The notes: generated by a model not told the origin, from the letters alone. Counted from the first letter of the stretch, positions 19,396-28,136 are shown. The stretch: 52,744 nt of DNA from Clostridia bacterium (GCA_900767495.1 CAAFZH010000104.1:1-52744), one strand, 5' to 3'. A program made the numbers and translations.

Positions 19396-21357
19396 TTATA
19401 GTTTGCCCTGTTTTTTTTTAATATTTTCGGTCAAAGCAAGGTTTTGCGGGTTTTTACCCAAATCTTCGCCGTCGCAGGTTATCTCGGTTACCGTATAATC
19501 GGAATATCCCCCGAGGTCTATCGCCGCGGCATCCGCCGCAAGCGATATATTCTGCCTGCTTAAAGTTTGTTCGGTCGGCTGTGCTTTTACCACGGTAATT
19601 CCCGTCAAAGTTTTTACGGTCGCCCACTCGGCAACGTTTGCGGGAGTATGACCTTCCGCCGTATAAACCGTAAGAGGATGGTCGGCGTTATCCGCGGACA
19701 CTTTTCCGTAATGCCCTATCTCGTCCATCGTAGACGGAACGTCAAGAGTGATTTTACTGTCCGTAAAAGTACAATTTTGGTTATTTGCGTTAAATCCTCT
19801 GTATTTTTGATCTTCCGCACCAAACAAAGACGCTATTTTGCTGTTCGTTATATTTACCGTAAATTTATTGAATTTACTGCTCCATACGCCGCGGCGGGTA
19901 AACTCCCCTATTCGGGTATCGCCGTTGTTTGCTCCCGTTATGTTTATCGTAACGTTATCGAAAGTACTGTTCTGAACGTAAGAACCGAGCAAGCCGGCAG
20001 ACCAACCTGCAGAACCGCCGTTCTTATTTATAATAAGGTTTTTAACAGTTGCTCCGTCCATTCCGCCGAACAAGCCGAAACCGTTAGAACCAGATAAACT
20101 TATCGAGTGATTTCCGCCGTCAACCGTGCCTACAAAGCCGTTTCCTACCGAGCGTTCACCGGTAAGATTAAACGCTTCGCCCCCTTGTTCTATATCGTTC
20201 GTAAGAACATAATATCCGCTTACCTTTGCAGCAGCATCGGTAGACCAAATATAGTTCTTCCAGTCGTTTATCGAAGAAATAGACGCCGTTGCTATGGCAA
20301 CGTTGGGTCTTGTATACTGCGTTTCCGTACCGTTAGTAATGACGATTTTTAACGGCCAACCCGAATAGAGTTTGTGCTGAGTTTTATCGTTCTTTATCGT
20401 ATCGGGTATAACGATATTATCAACGCTACCGAAACTCGTGTCGTCTTTAAAATAAAACTCTGCCGTATAACCTTCGGGAACGCTGAACGGAATCGACTGA
20501 GATTCGGTAGTAGCGGACAAAACGTACGTTTCCTCGTTAGCGAAAACTCTGATCGCACTACGTTTACTTCCCACAGACGCAACTACGTGAGCGTACCCCG
20601 CTTTATTGGCAGTCAACTCGTCGCCGACTGCGATTATCGCGTCAGCATTGTCGGAAGTGTAGACGACTTTTAAATCCGAAAGATCGTCCGTAGTATTTTT
20701 AGGCGTTATATTTACCAAGGCGGCGTTATCCGTATTACCCGCCGTGATGGTTTGTTGCGTCGCAGATAACGAAATAGACTCAACTGCGCCGTCGATATAG
20801 CCGTTGAGTGCGGTTTTTTGCTCCGCGGTATATTTAGCCTCTCCCATACTATCCGCTTGGAGAGCGGCGGAGGCAACATAAGCGAGCGAACGGCTTTGAA
20901 CGTTATCCGCCCAGATATACTCTTCGCCGTTTTTAACAAACGCCCTTGCGGTTATTTTTCTGCCGAAAGAAGTTTCGGGTATATCGGTCAGCGCGTAATT
21001 ATAAACGTAATAACCCGCGTATTTCTCATCGTCGTGAGCCTGCGCCGCGGCATACAGGAGCATTGCCTTATCGGTGTTTTGGTCAAGTTCGCCCTGGAGC
21101 AGGTCGGCGGGGATAATCGCTATACCCGTCTTTTTGCCTTCGGCAAGTCCGTCGTAATAAGTCTTTTTAATTAAAGACTGAAATCTTATTCCCGTGCCGT
21201 CGATTTTAACCGACGCACCGTCTACCATTGCGACGTTTGCACCCTCGACCGCAAAAACGGTTTTGTTAAAAGCAGCCGTTAAACCGAATATGCCGGCTGC
21301 CAGACTGAACGTAAACGCAACTATTAAAAGCAGCGTGCATTTCTTCATGGTTTTCAT
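19396..21357 (-). CDS. N-terminal 653 aa of the same split surface protein: signal peptide, Big_2-like domain, GLUG-like module
   Basis: Signal peptide MKTMKKCTLLLIVAFTFSLAAGIFGLTAAFNKTVFA, with a GGGAGGG RBS. Module: INDWKNYIWSTD..YYVLTNDI..FVGTVDGGNHSI..GLFGGMDGATVKNLII. The ORF ends 11 nt after an A9 run (ATT AAA AAA AAA CAG GGC AAA CTA TAA). Confidence 0.75.
   Translation of the reverse strand: MKTMKKCTLLLIVAFTFSLAAGIFGLTAAFNKTVFAVEGANVAMVDGASVKIDGTGIRFQSLIKKTYYDGLAEGKKTGIAIIPADLLQGELDQNTDKAMLLYAAAQAHDDEKYAGYYVYNYALTDIPETSFGRKITARAFVKNGEEYIWADNVQSRSLAYVASAALQADSMGEAKYTAEQKTALNGYIDGAVESISLSATQQTITAGNTDNAALVNITPKNTTDDLSDLKVVYTSDNADAIIAVGDELTANKAGYAHVVASVGSKRSAIRVFANEETYVLSATTESQSIPFSVPEGYTAEFYFKDDTSFGSVDNIVIPDTIKNDKTQHKLYSGWPLKIVITNGTETQYTRPNVAIATASISSINDWKNYIWSTDAAAKVSGYYVLTNDIEQGGEAFNLTGERSVGNGFVGTVDGGNHSISLSGSNGFGLFGGMDGATVKNLIINKNGGSAGWSAGLLGSYVQNSTFDNVTINITGANNGDTRIGEFTRRGVWSSKFNKFTVNITNSKIASLFGAEDQKYRGFNANNQNCTFTDSKITLDVPSTMDEIGHYGKVSADNADHPLTVYTAEGHTPANVAEWATVKTLTGITVVKAQPTEQTLSRQNISLAADAAAIDLGGYSDYTVTEITCDGEDLGKNPQNLALTENIKKKQGKL
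19411..19419. repeat. T9 (A9 on the coding strand) homopolymer at the junction of the two ORFs
   Basis: Read directly from the sequence. Adding one A (A10) joins frame ..TENIKKK to TGQTINIIVKAYKGTDYVKLTVPATIATAIIKTESDW.., giving one ~1525-aa ORF. Removing one A runs into a stop. Confidence 0.9.
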
Positions 21358-21379
21358 AATTTATTTTCCCTCCCTTAAA

Positions 21380-21514
21380 TCAACCGCGATTCCAGATATC
21401 GTTGAATTTAGCGTTAGTATCGAGTCCGTCTTGTTGTCCGGACGTTTCTATCACCGTACATAAAGCCATATCGTGTATGACTATTTTCAGTTGCGGAGTT
21501 TCATAGTGTTTCAT
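21380..21514 (-). CDS. unannotated 44-aa ORF, first gene of the long operon
   Basis: AGAGGTGA RBS 5 nt before the ATG. Translation: MKHYETPQLKIVIHDMALCTVIETSGQQDGLDTNAKFNDIWNRG. Its stop lies 22 nt upstream of the start of the 653-aa gene. It is too short for the ORF track. Confidence 0.45.
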   Translation of the reverse strand: MKHYETPQLKIVIHDMALCTVIETSGQQDGLDTNAKFNDIWNRG

Positions 21515-21691
21515 ATCTTCACCTCTTATTTTATTACAAAACCGCTGTTCTTCAGCGATATTCGTTTTATTGTTATCCCTTTCCGTTAAGGGACCTTCCT
21601 CGGCCTTCGGCGAGGAAAGTCGTGGGCGCGCCCACGCTTCGATTTTTAACGCGTAACGTTGCCAAAAACACGCAAAACGTCTTACGCATAT

Positions 21692-21757
21692 ATTATAATT
21701 CTACCACCATTTCAAGTCAATTGCGAAATTTGCTATTTTTTATTGCATTTTTGGCAT
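21692..21757 (-). promoter_or_regulatory. consensus promoter plus upstream 19-bp activator box for the 21514-to-1706 operon
   Basis: Minus strand: TTGACT (21720-21715), 17 nt, TATAAT (21697-21692). The box ATGCCAAAAATGCAATAAA (complement of 21739-21757) lies 18 nt upstream of the -35. Box and spacing are identical at 29912-29930. Confidence 0.7.
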
Positions 21758-24370
21758 TTACCTTAATTTCCACTCGTTTGCGTAAATATTGTTTACTTTA
21801 AGTCGCTTTGCGTAACGCTCTTCTTCGAGTTTCGTGGCGGGGTTTAAAAATACGGTCTGCCCCTGCGATTTCTGCGAATACTCGCCCTGCGCAACCACGA
21901 CTTTATAAGTAAGCCGCGCTTTACGTTTAATTGAAAAGTCTTTATCCGTAAACGACGAATTTTCGGTTACGCCCAACAATGTATAGTCTTTATCGTTTTC
22001 AACCGCCCTGTAAATCGCGCACTTTTCATGCGTTTTGCGCCATTTAAGCGTAACGCCGTCGGTTTTGAAAGCGGCGGTTAAGTTTTTGACCTGCTTTATC
22101 GTACCTGCTTTAGCAAAACCCGTAATTTCGTAAACCTCGTCTTTTTCGGTTTCAAAGGTGATTCTGCCGTTTTTATATCCGCAGTTTACCTTTTTGCCGT
22201 TCTTCGCAGTTACGACGGCGGTTTTTACGCCGTCGGCAAAAATCGAAACCGCGCCGCCTAAGCACGAAACTATACGGCAGTATTCTATTTTGCCGCCCTT
22301 TCGTTTTGCCGAAACGGTAAAATTGCCGCGCGCTTTTAAATTTTCAAACGAAACGATTTTCCATTCTTTCGGCGTCGCGGGGAACAGCGTTATATTGCCG
22401 CCGTTGCCGCTTTGCAAAAGCATTTCGGCTATACCCGCGGTCGCGCCGAAATTGCCGTCTATCTGAAAAGGCGGGTGTTCGTCCCACAAATTATCGTTAG
22501 TCTTTTCGCATAAAAGTTTACGCAATAATTTATACGCGTTTTCGCCGTCGCGCGCCCTTGCGCGACATAATATTCTATACGCGAGCGCCCAGCCCGTGGA
22601 ATCGTCGCCGCGCAGATCAAGCGTTCTTTTCGCGCTGTCGAGCCAGGCGGGAGTATCTTCGTTTATTATACTGCCCGGCATAAGCCCCATAAGTTGGGAA
22701 ATATGCCTGTGCCAAGCCGCGCCCACTTCGCCGTAAAACTTTTCCTCGCCGTATTCCTTAACCTGTCCGCTATAACCTATATTAACTGGCGAAAACCGTT
22801 CTATACGCCGCTTTTCGAGTTTTACGGTTTCGTCCTCTTTACCGAGAATTTTTGAAAAGCGTATATCGTCTTTGGCGTTTTCGCAAAGCATTTGCTGGTC
22901 GAACGCGCAACCCACCGTAGCGTAGTACTGCTGCTCCTTATACCCGTTGAGATACACGCCCGACAAAATTTGTTCGGGCGAAGCCGAAACCATACATAAA
23001 TACTCGTCGCCGTACTTCTTCACGCTTTTTTGCATAAACTGCGAACAGCCGTGGACGGCGGGGTATGCGTATTCCTTTAAAAACTCTTTATCCAAAGTAT
23101 AGTCGTAATAATCGGCAAACAGTTTTGCGGTAAGTCCGCCCGTTCCCGGTCCGGAATGTAAAAACTTTCCCAGTCCGCTTATCTCGTACAAAAACGCCGC
23201 CGTGCCTATTATCCAGCCGCAGTTTTCGTCGCTCTTTTCGGGAACGAAATCGGCAACCCACTCTTTGGCGTACTCTTCGGCGCGTTTAAGATACGCCTTG
23301 AAATAATCCGAGTACGCTGCGAAAGTTTCGGGAATATCGGTAATGAGCGCGCACCAGTAATTCATCTGCACGTTGATATTATGCCATATCCCGCTGCCCC
23401 AGGGCGACTTATCGTGCGCCGACCAGGTACCTTGCAACGACGCGGGCGGCGTGCCTTTGCGCGAAGACGATATAAGCAGGTGTCTGCCGTACTTAAAATA
23501 AGTTTCTATAAGATACGGCTCGTAATTGCCGCACCTGTACGATTCGAGAAGTTGCGGTATAGTACGGTTATCGCACTCTCCGCCAAAATCTACGCCCGCA
23601 CGGTTCATCAATTCGCCGTAATCGGCGGTATGCCTTTCATATAATTTTTTATAGCCCTTTTCGCGCGCGTTTTTCTCTATAAGTTTAAGTTTCTCGTCCG
23701 GATCGTCGCCTGTCGCCTTATGGCAATCGTCGAAGAAAACTTCGGGACATAATTTATAATTCGTGCCTAAAACGACATAAAGCGAAACTTCGCTTGCACC
23801 CGAAATTTTTATTTCTTTATCGGTTACCGTCGCTCGCCCGTCGGTTAAAACCGACAATCTCAATTCGCCCGTACAATCGCGAAGAGGCAGAGTCTGCCGC
23901 AAAACGAGCGAGTCGTTTTCAGCATATATTCTGCCCGTTCTGCCGCCGTCTTTTTCCTCCCTCGCGCCGAGATAAGGTATAACGAGCCGCGCGGTAAAAT
24001 CTCTTTTTCCGCTCGTAGTTACTCTGTATACGAAAACCCTGTCGGGATAACTGCAAAAAGCCGTCCTTTCGACGTTTTCATCGCCGCAACGAAAGCGCGA
24101 GTAGGCTACGCCGTCGGTTAAATCGAGTCCGCGCTCGTAATCCGTAACGCAGGAAAAGTCGCTTTCTATATACAAATCTGCAAAACTCGTTACGCCGCCG
24201 AGCGAATACACGTTGGCAAATTCGTTAGTGGTAAACTGCACGCGCTCGCTTTTTTCGCCGCCGAAAACGCTCGCGCCGAAATATCCGTTGCCTGTCGGCA
24301 AAGATTGATTTTCCCAGCCGCTAAGGCTGTCTTCCGCCGCCGCGCGGTATTGCATAACGTACTTTTTCAT
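21758..24370 (-). CDS. glycoside hydrolase family 95 (alpha-L-fucosidase-type)
   Basis: N-terminus WENQSLPTGNGYFGASVFGGEKSERVQFTTNE and core LQGTWSAHDKSPWGSGIWHNINVQMNYW match the hallmark GH95 motifs (PiGNG..G..vfGg..E..q.Ne; W.s.y..NiN.qMnYW). Confidence 0.85.
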   Translation of the reverse strand: MKKYVMQYRAAAEDSLSGWENQSLPTGNGYFGASVFGGEKSERVQFTTNEFANVYSLGGVTSFADLYIESDFSCVTDYERGLDLTDGVAYSRFRCGDENVERTAFCSYPDRVFVYRVTTSGKRDFTARLVIPYLGAREEKDGGRTGRIYAENDSLVLRQTLPLRDCTGELRLSVLTDGRATVTDKEIKISGASEVSLYVVLGTNYKLCPEVFFDDCHKATGDDPDEKLKLIEKNAREKGYKKLYERHTADYGELMNRAGVDFGGECDNRTIPQLLESYRCGNYEPYLIETYFKYGRHLLISSSRKGTPPASLQGTWSAHDKSPWGSGIWHNINVQMNYWCALITDIPETFAAYSDYFKAYLKRAEEYAKEWVADFVPEKSDENCGWIIGTAAFLYEISGLGKFLHSGPGTGGLTAKLFADYYDYTLDKEFLKEYAYPAVHGCSQFMQKSVKKYGDEYLCMVSASPEQILSGVYLNGYKEQQYYATVGCAFDQQMLCENAKDDIRFSKILGKEDETVKLEKRRIERFSPVNIGYSGQVKEYGEEKFYGEVGAAWHRHISQLMGLMPGSIINEDTPAWLDSAKRTLDLRGDDSTGWALAYRILCRARARDGENAYKLLRKLLCEKTNDNLWDEHPPFQIDGNFGATAGIAEMLLQSGNGGNITLFPATPKEWKIVSFENLKARGNFTVSAKRKGGKIEYCRIVSCLGGAVSIFADGVKTAVVTAKNGKKVNCGYKNGRITFETEKDEVYEITGFAKAGTIKQVKNLTAAFKTDGVTLKWRKTHEKCAIYRAVENDKDYTLLGVTENSSFTDKDFSIKRKARLTYKVVVAQGEYSQKSQGQTVFLNPATKLEEERYAKRLKVNNIYANEWKLR

Positions 24371-24374
24371 TGCT

Positions 24375-25688
24375 TTATCTCTCGCTATAAAATTCGGAAA
24401 TTTCCACTACGCGGCTCTCTTTCATCGCCCTGTCCGCCGCGTACACGCAGATATGCCCGTTTATGGAATCGGACAACGCCGTACAACTTACCGACGGCTT
24501 TTCGCCGCGCATATACCTGACGAAATCGAGCGCGAGTTTTTGGTCGCCGCCGAAATGTCCGCCGTCCTCGCTTTGGTTGTTGGCGTTAAAATCTATAACT
24601 CTTTCTTTGCCCTTGTCTATGTTGGCGCGGTTGTCTTTATCGAAAGTCCTTATATAAAGTTTTCCGTCGCCTGCCCAGCCTTCTATTTCGCCTTGCGTAC
24701 CGAGTACGAACAGCGATCTGCCCGCGCGCTGAGCCGAGCAAAGCATCGTGTGCGTTGCGGTAGAACCGTTGCCGAACTGCATTAAAACCGCCTGATGATC
24801 GACTACCGTCGCGCCCGCTTTGTAAACGCACACGCCGTGCGGGTTATCCGTTTTAAGCGAGTGAATTTTCTCTTCCAAGGTGAGTTCGTACTCTTCCTTA
24901 CCCGTGCATTGCCACGGATAAACCGCTAAATAATGCGGATTTTCGAGTATCATCATCTTTGCCGAATACTGACAGGTATCGACAAGCGGACAATCGACAA
25001 GGCATCTCGTTCCCGCGCCTTTGGGGGCTTTTTCGGGAATAATGAAATTCCTGCCGCCGAAACTGCTTACTTTAACGGGCTTGCTCGCATTGTTCAGCCA
25101 GCAATCGAGATCTATATCGTGGCAACATTTTTGTAAAAGCATTGACGAGCCGCATTTTTCTTCGTCAGCCCACTTGCCGCGTATAAACGATATGGCGTTG
25201 TGCGCAACGCCTACTCTTTCCTGCGTTTCGACGTGTACCACCTCGCCTATCTCGCCCGAATTTATAATCTCTTTAGCCGTTTTATAAAAATCGCTGTACC
25301 GCAAAACATGGCAGATCATTACCTTGTTGCCGTGTTTTTTCACTACGTCGTAAAGCGAAAGCAATTCTTCGGCCTTGTTCGTAATCGGCTTTTCGAGCAG
25401 CATATCGTAGCCTTGTTCCAAAAGCGGTATAGACGTAGAAATATGCAACTTATCCATAGTTCCGTTTATGACGCAATCGGCTATTTTGCCCATGGGCAGT
25501 ATTTCGCTTATATCGTCAAAACACATATTTTCGGGTACGCCGTACAATTCTCTGCACATATCCCTCACGTGCTTGTCGGGATCGACGAGCGCAACTATTT
25601 TGAGTTGGTCGGGGCATTTTATCGCGATTTCCGCATATACCCGACTGCGGTGTCCGCAACCGACTATTACGGCGGTTATTGGTTTCAT
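24375..25688 (-). CDS. Gfo/Idh/MocA-family NAD(P)-dependent oxidoreductase
   Basis: N-terminal Rossmann motif ITAVIVGCGHRSRVYAE and EKP motif (LLEKPI). Its start overlaps the GH2 stop by 4 nt (ATGA). Confidence 0.8.
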   Translation of the reverse strand: MKPITAVIVGCGHRSRVYAEIAIKCPDQLKIVALVDPDKHVRDMCRELYGVPENMCFDDISEILPMGKIADCVINGTMDKLHISTSIPLLEQGYDMLLEKPITNKAEELLSLYDVVKKHGNKVMICHVLRYSDFYKTAKEIINSGEIGEVVHVETQERVGVAHNAISFIRGKWADEEKCGSSMLLQKCCHDIDLDCWLNNASKPVKVSSFGGRNFIIPEKAPKGAGTRCLVDCPLVDTCQYSAKMMILENPHYLAVYPWQCTGKEEYELTLEEKIHSLKTDNPHGVCVYKAGATVVDHQAVLMQFGNGSTATHTMLCSAQRAGRSLFVLGTQGEIEGWAGDGKLYIRTFDKDNRANIDKGKERVIDFNANNQSEDGGHFGGDQKLALDFVRYMRGEKPSVSCTALSDSINGHICVYAADRAMKESRVVEISEFYSER

Positions 25689-28120
25689 TTATTCGCTCCT
25701 TTCGCGTATTCTTCCGCGAGATATTCCTTTGATTCTTTCCAGAATTGCTTACTTTCGACGGGTGCGTCGTCCATCTCCCAGAATTGAGTCATTATGCTCT
25801 CTCTTACGGGTTTTTCGGCACATTTTTTCATATACGCTTTCAATTCGTCAACCGAAATTTCGGCTTTCGGGTTAAAATCGACGCTTTTCATATAATCTAT
25901 AACGAAATTCGCCATACAAACGGTAGACGGCTCGTTTTCGTCAAGACCCGTAAAGTTCAAGCCGCAAACGAGCAGTTTGCCCTTGCCGACGGAAACCTCG
26001 AACGCGTAAGAAAAATTACGCAGGGTTCTTTCGTAAATCAGGTCGGGCAGGTTGAAACAGTCTTTATACGCGTCGAAACGGTCGCGGCAACTCTTGTCTA
26101 TGCCCGATATTAGGTTGTTAGCCTTTACGGGGAAATCGTCTAAATTTATCTTGTCGCAATCCTCGCTTAACACGCTTAAATTAAAATCGTAATAACCGTC
26201 GGTCGCAAAGCCGTATTTATTTAAAATTTCGCGGTTTAACAAGCCGCCGTAATTAGTTCCCCTGTCCCAGATGCCGGGCTTAAACCTGTTCCAACTCGCT
26301 TTAAACGCGTATTCGGGGTTTTGCATATCCTTATGAACAACGTGCCGCGTGAAATCGGAACGGTAAACAAGACAAACTTTTTTCCCTTTTTCAAGTTCCG
26401 AAAACGCCTTTTTTATATCGGCGGTTATCGTTATATCGCCGTCGTCGTAATTCGTAAATTCGTTATACGATAACGCTCCGCGCTTTTCGTAAACCCAGAT
26501 ATTCCACTCGTTTTCGGCGTACGCGCCGTTTTCGCCGTCAAGCGTAATTTTAAGCGTAAGTCTTTCGGAAGACTTAACTTGCGGCAAGAGTATTCTCGCC
26601 TTGCAGAGAGTTAAAAGTCCGTTTTCGGAAACGTCGAGATTTTTCATTCCGCCGCTTGCGTAAACGACGTTTTTTTCGCCCGTTAAATTATACCTTAAAT
26701 CTGCGGTTTTGCAATCTGTTTTGCCCAGGTTTGAAAGTTTTATTTTAAATCCGAGTACTTGCCCCGATATAAAATTGCGTTTTTTAAGGTCGGTCAATAT
26801 AACTTTATCGCCGTTGAATTGCAAAAATTTATCGCTCGGCGTTGCGTTTTCGTCGTCGAAACAGTCTATTATGCCGTTGGAATTTTCGTATACGTCGGTA
26901 TCGGCAAGTTGCAAAAAATGAAAACCGCCCAAAAGACTGCCCGAACGCATCGCTTCAAACGCCGTTTTCCAGCAATTGAACTGAAAACGCTTGCTCGCCG
27001 CGTACATTTCGGGATAGATATCCTCATAGCCTTTAGCCTTGATCATTTTAAGTTCTTCGTCTACCCACCACGGACTTTTTACGCCGTATTTTTCAAATTT
27101 GCTTTTAAGCGCGGCAAAGTCGCGCAAAGCGGTATAATGGCAGGTTTCGTGCGCTATGAGCGGAACGGAAAAACGCAATTCTCTCACCGTCTCGCTATTC
27201 TCCCCGTTCGTAATCAAAGGCTTATCCTTGTCGCCGCCTACCACCAACAGGTTTTCGGTGTTTTCGTACATATCCGCGTGCTTGCCGTAAGGGAAATAAT
27301 AACTTAAATGTTGCACGTCGATATCGACGAACGGTCTGCCGTTCGCGCCCCAGGCGCAAGTGTCCAAAAATATTCTCGTGCCGTCTAATCGCTCTATAAG
27401 CGAGTGTATTTCGCCTATTCGCTTTGCCGCCGACGCGTCTTTTATCTCGTTGCCTATGCAATAAACGCAAAGCGACGGGTGGTTATAATACTTGTTTACT
27501 ATTTCCTCTATATACTCGTCGGGAACGAGTACATCGCCGCTCGTCTGCATTTCGCGCAGATTATTATATATATCGTCGGGCAGGCGCATTTCGATATGCA
27601 CCAAAAGCCCCTCTTCGTCCGCAACGCGGAAAAATTCTTCGTCCGGGACTACGGAATGAAATCTGACTAAATTAAACCCGTATTTCTTCGCCGCCCTTAT
27701 GTTTTTGCGGTAAAATTCCTCTTTGGTAAGTCCGCAATTGTTCGAGTGGTCGTGAGCCGTCGCCCCGCGTATATATCCGCGGATAAACACGGGCGTACCG
27801 TTTAAACACACGTTTTTGCCGTCGGTCGAAAACGACCTGAACCCGAACGAGCCGTTTAACGTTTCGCTCGAATTTTCGGTTATGATTTTTGCGGCGTAAT
27901 CGTATAAACACGGCGTATCAACGCTCCATATCTGCGGTTTTTTTATGCCGAAAGCCCCTTTACACGTTTGCCCTTCGCCACAGAATTCAAAAGAAAATTC
28001 CCGCGCGGTATCCCGTTCCTTTACGCTGAAAATTACCTTTTCTATGATTTCGTCGCCGATTACGATTATTTTTCCGTTTCCGCGTATATCGTCGGCTTTG
28101 ATTTTGATTATAGTTGACAT
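25685..28120 (-). CDS. glycoside hydrolase family 2-like
   Basis: NGTPVFIRGYIRG, FNLVRFHSVVPDEEFFRVADEEGLLVHIEM and YYNHPSLCVYCIGNE follow the GH2 sugar-binding/TIM-barrel pattern (NG.p...rG.n.H; N..R..HyP....f..lcDe.Gl.V..E; nHPSi..Ws.gNE). Confidence 0.7.
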   Translation of the reverse strand: MSTIIKIKADDIRGNGKIIVIGDEIIEKVIFSVKERDTAREFSFEFCGEGQTCKGAFGIKKPQIWSVDTPCLYDYAAKIITENSSETLNGSFGFRSFSTDGKNVCLNGTPVFIRGYIRGATAHDHSNNCGLTKEEFYRKNIRAAKKYGFNLVRFHSVVPDEEFFRVADEEGLLVHIEMRLPDDIYNNLREMQTSGDVLVPDEYIEEIVNKYYNHPSLCVYCIGNEIKDASAAKRIGEIHSLIERLDGTRIFLDTCAWGANGRPFVDIDVQHLSYYFPYGKHADMYENTENLLVVGGDKDKPLITNGENSETVRELRFSVPLIAHETCHYTALRDFAALKSKFEKYGVKSPWWVDEELKMIKAKGYEDIYPEMYAASKRFQFNCWKTAFEAMRSGSLLGGFHFLQLADTDVYENSNGIIDCFDDENATPSDKFLQFNGDKVILTDLKKRNFISGQVLGFKIKLSNLGKTDCKTADLRYNLTGEKNVVYASGGMKNLDVSENGLLTLCKARILLPQVKSSERLTLKITLDGENGAYAENEWNIWVYEKRGALSYNEFTNYDDGDITITADIKKAFSELEKGKKVCLVYRSDFTRHVVHKDMQNPEYAFKASWNRFKPGIWDRGTNYGGLLNREILNKYGFATDGYYDFNLSVLSEDCDKINLDDFPVKANNLISGIDKSCRDRFDAYKDCFNLPDLIYERTLRNFSYAFEVSVGKGKLLVCGLNFTGLDENEPSTVCMANFVIDYMKSVDFNPKAEISVDELKAYMKKCAEKPVRESIMTQFWEMDDAPVESKQFWKESKEYLAEEYAKGANK

Positions 28121-28136
28121 ATTTATCCCTTTTGTC

